Source: Haplodiscus bocki
Taxonomy: Eukaryota
Assembly: GCA_965655095.1 (NCBI GenBank)
Contig: OZ296648.1
Coordinates: 117,242,001-117,306,000 of the forward strand
Direction: 5' to 3'
Length of the DNA: 64,000 bases
Shown here: positions 13,601 through 24,600 of the stretch, one piece after another
How positions within the stretch are numbered: the stretch's first letter is position 1
Layout: each line of letters begins with the position of its first letter
The notes under the pieces: generated by a model
What the model was told of the DNA's origin: nothing
The model's input: only the letters and a program-made list of their open reading frames with translations
The model's database searches: none
Program-made: the position numbers and the translations under genes

Positions 13601-14082
13601 TTATATTCTGCCCATATTTATAAAACGGAAGGAAAATCATCCACACGAAAACTCAAAGGGTTGCGTTTTTTTACGTTTAATTGCCAATTGTCAGGGCAAT
13701 ACTCAGATTAAGGAATCTAAATTTGAAAATTTTTTGTCACCAAATTAGTGCAAATTTGCCGCAGAATGCGAATGATTGGTAAAATTTCTCAAACACGTAC
13801 GAAATGAGGTTTTTTAAAAAATAGATGGATTTTTTTGAAAAACTCGAATTTTTTCAAAATTGGTAAAAGTGGCAAATTTACTTAGAATGCGTATCGAATA
13901 TTATATCTTAAAAATGTCTTTTCCACCTTAATTTTGAGGTATTTTTGGCGAAAAAATTTTCAAATTTGAAAAAACTAGAAAATATTTGAAGTATTTTTTT
14001 AAAAGTTTTCGTCCTTTTAAAAGGCATCTTTAACAAAAATTGGATGGCGGAAAATATGCCCGTCGTAGCCGCCGGTCTCGTT
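13601..14082 (+). mobile_element. Non-autonomous Helentron-like (HINE/DINE-1-like) element, family B, copy 1
   Basis: 5' end TATTCTGCCCATATT..GGAAGGAAAAT; 3' sub-terminal inverted copy GGCGGAAAATA followed by a GC-rich stem-loop remnant and GTCTCGTT; internal repeats of GCAAATTT..AGAATGCG. Homologous to 30097-30527, 59551-59620 and 59870-60118. Confidence 0.6.
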
Positions 14083-14620
14083 ATTTGTGAAACAACTCAA
14101 ATAGAAACTACAATGCGACATCTGAAATCTTTTTCCACCCATTTGAAAAATAATAAATTTCTGTATTATTGATTCAGGGATGATAATGTGCTAAGCTTAT
14201 TCAGCTAATATTGCTTTGATCGATTACGACGACGTCAAATGTTATTACTTCAGGCGAATATGGAGCGCGGCGGTGGAGGCAGCAGGCGTATGGCGGTGCC
14301 GAGAGTATACATTAAAAAAGCCCTTTTATTAGACCATGTTGCATAATGCACATTGTGTTGCCTGGATTGCAGGTGGCATTTGAACAAAGCATGAGGGCAA
14401 TGATTGGATTTAACACGCGCCCCCTCCATTAGAATACCTCAATAACCCCTCGTCAAAAGAACAACTAACACTTGCAAGTTGCAGATACGAACAGAAGAGT
14501 ATTATTAGTACAGCACAGGGGTATTTACAAGAAGATTGGAATGTAAGTCGCCTACTACATTAAAAGAGGGATACAGCACCGCAACTTAGGGGGCTTTGAT
14601 AGGGTGTGTGTATTTGTGAT

Positions 14621-14635
14621 GGGGGGGGGGGGGGG
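14621..14635. repeat. Poly-G tract (G15)
   Basis: Read directly from the sequence. Confidence 0.95.
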
Positions 14636-17600
14636 TAAAGAAGGCAAGGGCAGCAGTAAGTAAGTAAATGGGGGCATAGATAGATAGGAGAGAAATCAGG
14701 TCTAGGGACTATTAGGAGTAAAAGGAGAGAGCGTCGGCTGCTGTTGTTACAATAAATCCAATTAGTATCAACAACTTCTGCTTAGCGCCATACAATGTGA
14801 TTAAGAGCACAGGGCATATGTGGGATAGCGAGCCCACTTGTTTAATAAACAGTCCTAACTAGATGTAAACTCCTGCAATTGGCAATGCGCCAGTCACTAC
14901 CACTGTAAGTATCCCATAATCCCTCTTCCCCAGGGCAGGGAAGCAGGGGCACACGTGCATAGTGCATATACAACAAAAGACGATGAGGCAGAACACGACA
15001 TTTGAGCCCGGCTGCCGTTTTAAAAGGCTATGCCTAGCTTTGATGCAGTAGCTACGAAAATGACACATCACTTTAGAATAAGAAGCCCAACAACCACTAC
15101 ATAATAGAAGAAGGACAATTACATAATAGCAAAGAATTAATGCAGGAAGCAGCTTTTGAATATTTTATTCAAACCAGGAGGATATTGTTCAGCCCGTATT
15201 CTCAGCCCGTTCTTAACTCGAGCGATATTTTAGATATCTTCACATTAGGATGTCTTTTATATTACTCAACGAAACTAAATTCTAATCATGTTTTATTCAC
15301 ATACCAGGTGTTTCACTATCAAACATACATAGCCTTCCAAAATTGTTTGTTTTCAGAAAAATGATATCAAAACAAAATTTCGTCACATTTACAGGGAAAA
15401 TGAATTTATCCAAGAGTCAGTTACTCAGATTGGCACATGAAAAAGAATTAGAAGCAGTTCCCGAGAAACCACAAGTTAAATCAAATCAGGGACAAAGAAG
15501 GATTCGCTTCATTTTTAGAAGAAATATAACCGAATATTAAAGCGGATATTGATTTTTAAAGACGTCTAAAATCGACGCTTTTCTACAAAACTTCTACAGG
15601 CCAGTATATCACTTCCATGCTATCTACCTAAATGGTAAGAACTGAAAAGACGACTAAAACGTAACATTTGACTTCCCAATACCAAAAATTTTTGTCATGC
15701 CAATTTTTCTCGTAGCAAATACAAGCTTTGTTCGGAAAAACGTTATAAAACTTTTATGATATCCCCTCACATAAATTGGCTCTGAATGGCAGCGGCGACT
15801 TGATCCTTTCTGGCTGTTTTTTGTCAATACATGATGGCAATATCTCCAAATTTGCGATTTTTCTAATAATCTTACGTGACAAATGTCGCTAGCTTTAAAA
15901 CTGCCGTCAAAACGGAATAAAATAACGGTACAAAATGGAGAAAAGGCAGAGTTAAGGCTTGAGAAAGAAAAAAGTAAACTGTAGAATTTTTATCAAACTC
16001 TACAACGCACACCGACAATAGAATAACGAAAGCACCGATACAAAAAAGCAATACCTTCGAAGTTTTACTTTAATTTCTGGATTTATTCCGAAGTATCGGA
16101 ATCTAAGTCATGATCAGTTCTAGGTTTAAATGCAGTCTCAGTACAGTGATAAAAATTATTTAAGCAACGCTAAGGCATTCCAACTTACGATTTTTGTTGC
16201 TCTATCGAGTTACAGCTTCACTTTTTCACTTTATAATGAAAAATTACAGAATCGCAGACGATGGGTTCTTGTGCCTAATTTGTACTGAGCTGAAATTAAG
16301 CAAGGTTCGTTTTGAAAACGTGAAGGTGGTTATAAAGATTGAAATTTTGTTATGCAGAAGAAATTACTGCTTAATTAAGTCCTCAGTTAAACGAATGAAA
16401 GTCAGTGAAAAGAGGTTCAAGTACTAAGCGAGCGCATGATATTTTGGCCCGATTAGAGATTGATTCATGAAGCTTTTATTTTAGAAGAAGCTTGAAGTAG
16501 AAAACGAACCGAGTTGAGCCAAAGCTAAATCGACGAGTCAACAATTATCCGAGCCAAACGCTATAGCCAGAGCATGAAAAGCAGGCACTGGTACATGCAG
16601 AAGCCAATAAGCTCGAAGCCATTTGACCATACAATTTAGTGGCAGGACCGTGAACAAAATTTTGTTCATAGTCCAGGCCGGCCTCCTTTGCCGAAACAAA
16701 AACAACTAGGCGAGAACCAAACCACCAAAGAAATTAAGATAGAAGACAAGCTTCAGAATTCTTCAGAACCTGAGAATGACAACAGCTCTTTTAATTCTTC
16801 ACTCACTGCAGATGACCGACCTACAGAAAGATAGATACTTTGAGACAACCTGTCCAAATAGCAAGACTTCAGCAACATATTTCGTTTATATTCAACCCAG
16901 TGTGGTTAGAGTATATTCCAAATATTGCAGACATTGACATGATGGTGACGTAAAAGGCGCTCACTCTTGAATGGATGCATATGAGACGATTAATGAACTT
17001 TTTGTGTGCTTACAAGGCTCATCTGTGTCAGAAAAAAGCAAGCTGCTAGCAGGCAAAAAGGCTCACTGAGTACATAATAAGTACTTTCATTCAAAAATGA
17101 CACCACGTGTAATTTACAATTCAGTTGGTTCATAGCTATGTTTCATTTCGTTGATTGTACATCACTGTGAATCACTAAACCCAGAGCTGAAGAAATTCAT
17201 TCATGCTCTGCCTAAAGTGATACATGATGGGACTACTAGAAAAAACAATGCGGATAGATATGACGACAAATCGTTCAAAACAACTTTCATATTTAAAAGA
17301 ACCCAGAGATACTAAGTGTGGCACAACACATTTGGAAAAACCACCACACCAAAGTCCTAAGTGTGACGCAAGTGCTTAGAACACTCCTGTTTTTGGTTAG
17401 CTTCTCCAAAAACAGATCAGTTTTATCAATACCAGTTTTACGAAGTAAAATGTAAATGAAATCAAAACCAGAATTAAGAGAAATATAAGACCATGTAAAA
17501 CAGTGGAGAAACCAAGAATATGTTGAGATTAGCAACACAATTCGATTTACAGGAATGTCTAAAAGAGAACCAATTTGCTTTTTTTAGAAATTTTAAGACT

Positions 17601-18467
17601 TACAGCTAGCTGATTCAATTTACTAACAAGCCCAGAACGCTCAAATTGGGACTGCTTGCAAAACTAATAATATATCAAGGGTACCGTAACATTCAGGGTG
17701 CGTACGAAATCACACAGAAAAATACTGAAGTGGGACGTTTTTTTAATGGAAAAATTGCTCGACTTGCGAAGTCTCGAACCCGTATATATAGCTTGAAAAC
17801 CTTTTGTGCCAACCTTTTACACGCTGGCCCCTTAGACCTCAGTTTGCTTCAAGGAGAGCAGAGAGGGTGTTTTCTACAATTTTTTTGAGCCTTTCAGCAG
17901 TAAAACAAGCCCGGAAACGGCTCGAGCGCTGCCTGTATGACACAAAATATCAATTGGAGATCTTTTTCTGGAAAATTTTCGCACGCCTGACAAAATGCTT
18001 GGTATATTCGCATTTGTTTTTCCTAAAATTATTGTTCCACGTGGCCAAAAATTTCGCCTTTGGTACGATATAACCTCCCTCAACAAGATTGTAAGGTTGT
18101 TGTCAGGGGGTGGGGTATGAGGAAAGGGGGTATCAGGGAACAGCGCTGAATATATTGAATTCATTATTATTTCCAAAAGTTTTCGATTAAAAAAAACGGT
18201 ATACAAAATGCGCATCACATTTTTTTCAGTCGAAATTTGTTTTATTTTCTATACTTTCCACGTTTTTACTGCTTTCATGCAGTGTCTATACGTTAACCAC
18301 TCAAAAACAATTAAATCTGTCAGTTCACATTGACAAAAACTCAAGGCTAATAGGGCTAGTTTACACACGCCGACTGAATAGGAAACGAAACCAATATTGG
18401 TGAAATGAGAAAAATCCGGGAAGAAGTCGTTGATTAGTTTCAGAAACTTCTTCGATTTTCGATTATT

Positions 18468-18822
18468 ACACAGATGCGAAGCTGTGCTTCGCAACACTTG
18501 CGCCAACGGAATACTAGTGGAAAAATCAACTGATTTTTGAAGGGGCCACAAAACTACGAATACTAATGATAACAAAAGTACAGGAACTCAGTTATTTATG
18601 GTACATTTAAACACAAGTAAGAAACGCTACAAGAATTCATTCGTTTGATAATTTGAATACGAACACTGATTCTCAAGCGACAATGGCACAGTCAGTAGAG
18701 CATGCGCCTGCGGAGCCTAAGACATTTCTTCTTCTCTTTGGTCAAAAGTCTAAAACTTGCGTCAGTTGTGAACGGATCGTAAAAATTGAAAACTGTGTTA
18801 TAGCACTTGCTTGCGCAAGTGG
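18468..18822 (-). mobile_element. Non-autonomous Helentron-like element, family A, copy 1
   Basis: One end ACACAGATGCGAAGCTGTGCTTCGC-AACACTTGCGC (stem-loop plus subTIR); other end GCACTTGCTTGCGCAAGTG (subTIR with palindrome). Shares both ends with 33546-33949 and 38034-38436. Confidence 0.65.
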
Positions 18823-19487
18823 AAAAAGGGTAATAAATCTGTATTAGCTAATAGGGAAGAGCAATCAAGATTGAAAATTTTTTCTCGGGTACAACCATAT
18901 AAGGTCAAGTGCAAAGCCATTTAGGGGTCACCATTTGGGCGCTTTGCATGACCTTAGGACTTTTATTGCCACTATCCAGATGCAAACTAAGTTACTGAAG
19001 AGAATCGATAATACACAATTTCCATCCTTAGGTGGATAAACTGCAACTCAACCATTATCCATGCTTCTTGAAAAATCCAACAAAGTCTCGTATTTTAGCG
19101 GACTCCGTACCAAATCATCAAAGCATTTGAACATAAAATGAACTTATTTCCAAGAAACGATAAAAATTAAACCAGTTCACACCAAACACAACACAGACGC
19201 GAAGCGGAACTCCGCAACACATTCTGACTTGTCACTTGAGATTAAGATCTTGAACAAACCAAAGGCTCTGAAAACAAGTTTGATCAGACACATGATTGAC
19301 ACTTTAAGAAAAACTACACTATATGTATGCCTGTGGAAAGGTTGTTCGAGAAAAGTCAAAATGAAACAAAAAGCTCTAACAGTGCCTGATACTCGAAAAA
19401 ATGATGTGTCAGTCATGGCTTTTTAGATTCGCTATTTTGAGGCCCAATGTTCGAAAGACTTACACAGTGAACAACGCCAAAAAATAA

Positions 19488-19665
19488 TACTATGTGTCCT
19501 AAAAAAACGTTATACACAAAAATTTCGAGCTCTCAAAATGGCCAATATTTGCCAACAATCAGAACAACTCAAAAGTTTTTTCATCTCCGATGTCTTCCTC
19601 ACTAACATTTACCATTTTTTAAGCTCGAAAGATTTACATGTAACGTTTTTTCGGGTCACCTAATG
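19488..19665. mobile_element. MITE with ~60-bp diverged TIRs, Tc1/mariner-like ends
   Basis: Left tactatgtgtcctaaaaaaacgttatacacaaaaatttcgagct aligns with the reverse complement of the right end, cattaggtgacccgaaaaaacgttacatgtaaatctttcgagct. Confidence 0.6.
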
Positions 19666-20467
19666 CACTGCCCAAACTCTTCTATTCAAAACATTATTAT
19701 GTGGAACACTACAATTTAGAACGCTGTTGTTCATTTTTCAAACCATTGTTCAAAAATAGTGCACATTTCAGAATGCGAAAATAAATAAGTACCTGCCATG
19801 ATGTTTCAAAAAGAGCCCTTTTTGACTGTTTACATTAGATGACTAGACTCTCTGATGACGTAACAAAATGCAAGTTTTGGACAGGATAAAAAAACTGCAT
19901 AAACAGGTTTCCAATACACATTTTTCTTTTCAGTCAGAATATATAAAAACACAAAACAAGGAAGTATCACAATTGCCTTCTCCGGTGAATAATAATTAAT
20001 CCCGAGTGAGTAAAAAAGCATAAAACGCTAGTGTAGCTCAGCATTTCGATACAGATGCATATTTTTGCTTCTACAAGTTAAGTTGTTATCTTTAGTGGGA
20101 ACTCGACTCATTTTCATGTTTTCAGGGAACTAAATTGAATTTGTTTAGCGGTCTTATGTCATTTAGGACGCCACCATCTTCAGCGATAGTTACAACGAAC
20201 TATCCCATCGGGAACCAACTCTAAGATCTGAGATAAGATCCAACTCTGGAACGAATTGTGTACCAAGTAATACTTGCCTAAAGGGCTTTATCCTCAAATA
20301 ATCCTTTGATATCCAACGAAACCACCCAAAGAATCCCAAAATGAAACGCACATTTCTTTGTTAAAAATGACTGATCACACATACGGAACAAAGAAGATTC
20401 ACATTTTAGTTGAAAAAAGTTTTCTCGAACAAAAATTCAATATTGTACTCAAGTATCTCTTCAAAAC

Positions 20468-20695
20468 CCAGGAGTAGGTGGCTCAGTTGAGTTTTCGGTG
20501 GAGTCTAGATCGAAAGGTTGTGAGTTGGAATCTTGATAAAGGGATCGGTTTGTCTATGGCCAAGTAGACAAGTTTAGTGCAGGCTAGTACTAAAACTCCT
20601 GGGTCATCTGAAGGAGTCTACTACACGGTTCAAGTCAGAATCGTTTCCTTTCAACTGGTTTGTATAAGCATGACTAAAGCTCTACCTACCCACCC
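20468..20695 (+). mobile_element. tRNA-derived SINE
   Basis: A-box-like GGTGGCTCAGTTG and B-box-like GGTTGTGAGTTGGAATC at Pol III spacing, a unique body, and a short tandem tail CTACCTACCCACC. Confidence 0.55.
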
Positions 20696-21570
20696 AAGAA
20701 CTCTTTGTGTTTTGAAAATATTGCTTCAAAATTAAACACCAAAATAAAGGCAGAACTAACCTGAGCTTTTCACGACCATGCAAAGCAACTGCAATTTATG
20801 TGGCGTGGCAAGATACGAAAAGTGAATGTAAGTCTATTAGTATTAGTCCACCAGATGTAAACAGTGAAAGGCAGACTGGAACTAATGCAAGCTGCCGACG
20901 TCAAAAATGCTGTTCTGTTGCAAATTGGGCGGATGGTTTGTGAACTTGTATAAATAATTTGGGTGTGATTTGATTCAAAGAAAGGACAACAGCTTACTCC
21001 TGCGCTTGGCGAATCTGAATAGTTGTGATGCAATGTTGTCGGGAATGATGTTGGAGGTACTGGGATACAGTGCAAAAAGATAGAAGGTTAGGTTCAGCCA
21101 GGACGCTTTGGTTTTTTGCTGGAGCTACCAAAGACAGGCTCGGCACGTTGGTGAAAACAGTGAAGACTTGCTGGAGTGCGAGTGTCTGAGATTTCACAGG
21201 CGAAATGTTTTTGAGAGAAGAGGGGAGACCAAACAGCGAAACTGAAAAAAAAAGAGACTGGAGAAGCAAAAGACCGCAGGCCTTCACGACAACTAGAATT
21301 CAGTTGAGATTTGAACTGCTGAGACAGTGGCGACAGTTGTTTGTTAGGTCAAACAAATAAATGATACAGGATTCCAACAACGCCGCCACAAATGTCGAAC
21401 CAAACGCTCCTCAGGCAGCAGGCAAACACTTTAATTCTAAACTGTCGAGTCTTTTTTGTCGGTTGAACAGTCCACAAATATTGCACACAACTAAAATGAG
21501 TCGAATTTTTACTCAAAAAGCAAAGCACCAAGGCACTAGAAAAAGAAGAGACAGCGACAAGAAATTTCCA

Positions 21571-21618
21571 GTCGTTTTTCTCCCACCAGAAGAGGTCGTT
21601 TTTCTCCCACCAGAAGAG
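21571..21618. repeat. Perfect 2 x 24-bp tandem duplication
   Basis: GTCGTTTTTCTCCCACCAGAAGAG occurs twice in tandem. Confidence 0.95.
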
Positions 21619-24600
21619 TTGAAAGACAGACTTGCTCCCACTTTTGTCTAGTTCGGAACAGTTTGTGTTGTGTTGAAATGTTTCCTCGGGACAGAAGGTA
21701 AAGAAACCACGAAGTTACGAGGAATAACAACAAAATAACAGAAGCCGGGGAGAGTACGTAGTAGGCAGAGTGGGACGAAGAAAACAAGAAGACGAGTTGG
21801 AATTTAAGGCACGGTGGACAAGATAGGCAGGCAATAAGGCAAAAAGGAATGTGAGAAGGTACAAATTCTGTAGGTTGCCACCAAACCTGCGAAAACAAAA
21901 ACGCTAAGCTAGTTGCTAAGCGTAGTTGATGGTGCTGTTGTCTATGAGAAAGTACAAACGGCAGTGGCTTTGGTAGCGGGGAATTTACAAGCGTAGATTC
22001 ATCCCTTAAACAAGAACCGAGAGAGAATTGTCGAGGAAGGGAGAAATGAGTTGCTTGTCGGTGTCGTGGAAACGAAAGGGGCAGAGATAGCAAATGAAGA
22101 ATAGTGTTGGTTGTGGTTTTAAGAAGGAGCAGGGAACCACAACTGCTGTGGTTCTGTGCTTGTGGCAGAGAGGGATACACGATGATGAAACAAACTCCTA
22201 TCATTTATTGCAATAACAAACGACGAACAAGAAGGCGGCGGCTGCAGCGGCGACAACAACGCCAGCCGAGGTTCAACTTAGCTCTCCAACATTTAGCTGA
22301 TGTTACTGGTTGGTGTATTTCTATCTTTCTATATTCTCTTTCGCTTCCACTGCTATCTTCCCGTTCCCTTTCCCTCCGAATCTAACAAGAGTTAGGCACT
22401 CCGCCGCGGCGCTACAACAGGGAGGCAAGACAAGGCAAGAGAAAATGATGCAAAACCGACGAATGAAATATTAGCAGCTCAGTTTAGTCGAGCCGACATA
22501 CATAACACTTACATCGTGCCGCAGATTTCAAGAGCAGGCAAAGGCGGTGGCTGCTGGGACGGCGGTGGGAAATCGAGAAAAGGGAGGAGGAGGCAATTGA
22601 AAAACTGGATTCAATAACCTGCCTAGCGAGTGATTGTGGTCGTCACGCAAACCAAAGAGTACTCATTCGTGTTTCTGATGAAAAATCAGAGCCCCACTCG
22701 AAAGCCTCAGTAAAAACGGCAGCCATGAACCTGCCAGCTTGCAAGCAGCTGAGACAGCGCGGAGGGGAAATAGCGCAAAATATTAAAAGTAGAAAAAACG
22801 TCTTGATCGCGTGGTTTTCAAAAAAAACGGGAGGGGGTACATACAGGTAGTAGCGGTAGCACGTGATCTGACCGCGCCTTATTTTTTGGTGGATATGTTG
22901 ATGGTTGAGTTTACAGGCAAAAGGAGGGGCAGTGTGAATAACAGGTTGAGAGGCGAGTAGTACTTGTAAAGAGGGAACAGGCAGGTAGTCAGGTAGCATT
23001 GGCGGCGGAGGTGCAGGCGGTGGCTGCTGCTGATCTGATTTGATGACAAATAAGAGAGCAGGTGAATTTACAATGAATATTTCATTAAAGCCATACTACC
23101 AATGCTGAGTACAAAACTGGGAGAAATGAAAGACGGCTGCCTGCTTGCTCCTGCTCCTCGTTGAAGCAGGTTACTTACAGGTACCTCTACCTATGCAATC
23201 CAATCAACATATGTATATGCAACCTCAACCTGTACACGGCTGAGTATCTCAACATGCTGCTGTTGAATAAACCTCGTTTAACAAAAAGGACAGCATTAAT
23301 ATATTCATTGCACGAACATTTGTCTCCACAACCCTCTCTCTTCTCCCCTCACAAGCTCATTCACATGAACAATTCAGACTCCGCACTTTCACTGCTCCTC
23401 TTCTCTTCAACTCAATAAAATGCATGTTCATAATGCACCGCCCGGCTGCACATCTGCCGACGATGGAATAACCAATACAATTACTAACATCATCATCATC
23501 ATCAATAACATCAAATCATACATTACATGGATGTAGTATCATATATGAACAACAGGCGACAAAACAACGATTGCACAAACATATGCCCCATCCTAACACA
23601 CATTGAACTTAAAGCAAACAGTTCAAAGAAAAGTTCGCTAATCGATTCATCTAATGGTGCTGAAGTGCTACAGTGTCAGCGAGGGAATCGAGAGGTTGAA
23701 GGTTCGGTTCTAAGGGTTCGGCATCATTTCACCTCGGATTCATTTAACCCCCACTATCATTTAACTCTGTCATTTCGCCCAGTAACATCTCATTCCACAT
23801 TGAGTTGACACCATTTTATAAACAGCGTCAAAACTGTTTCTCTGGTAAAAAACAACTTGGTCTAATTATCAACAGAGGCGAAGCTGCGCTTGTTACGGAA
23901 GAGCAAAGGCATCGACTAATTTCCAAACGACAAAAATGGTTTATTTGATTGCCATTATTTTCAATATGAAAAGCTTACAGGAAAAATGATGCTACTGAAA
24001 AGGAAAATTCATTAGTCCGAAACACAATTTTCCCCTATCACTCCAAAGATCACTAGGTAGCTAGAATTTGAATTTGCACAGGCTGGAAAAAAAACCCGAC
24101 CGATTCAAGAAAAAGTCTTTCCAAGAACGACGCAAGTCGAAGCAACGCAAATCACAAGTTTAATTTTTCGGATAAGAAATTAAGAGGCAGTTAACCCCTG
24201 CCACTCTATAATATCAACCGGTAGCGATATTTTGACCGACCGCTGATTGGACTCAATCCGAATTGTAATTTTGTTAGGAAACATTTTCTTAAGATCACGC
24301 AATCAGTTAGGAACATCGCCATTTTTCTCATTACAAGTTAAATTCTTCTTACTCTTTCTCAAAGTTAAGCCACGGTAGCCCAATTCAATCAAGCGTAGTT
24401 CGATAATAGGCCACGTGATGAAAAGTCTGATAGGCAGCGACGCGAAGTGACCGGGAAAGCATTGTCTGCCAGCGATAACGCAAATTTGGCGAGTTTTGAA
24501 CTGTTCGGAAAAACTTCGACAATCCGAGTCTTTAACACGTGCTAGCAGCATATGTACCACAGGCATATTCGGGCTGCGCAAGGCTGGCAAAATGAAACCT

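Noticed and set aside
16450-17370. Gag-like decayed sequence (DGDVKGAHS*MDAYE; KCGTTH)
   Set aside because: Only a faint resemblance to BEL/Pao gag; no LTRs, PBS or pol motifs found.
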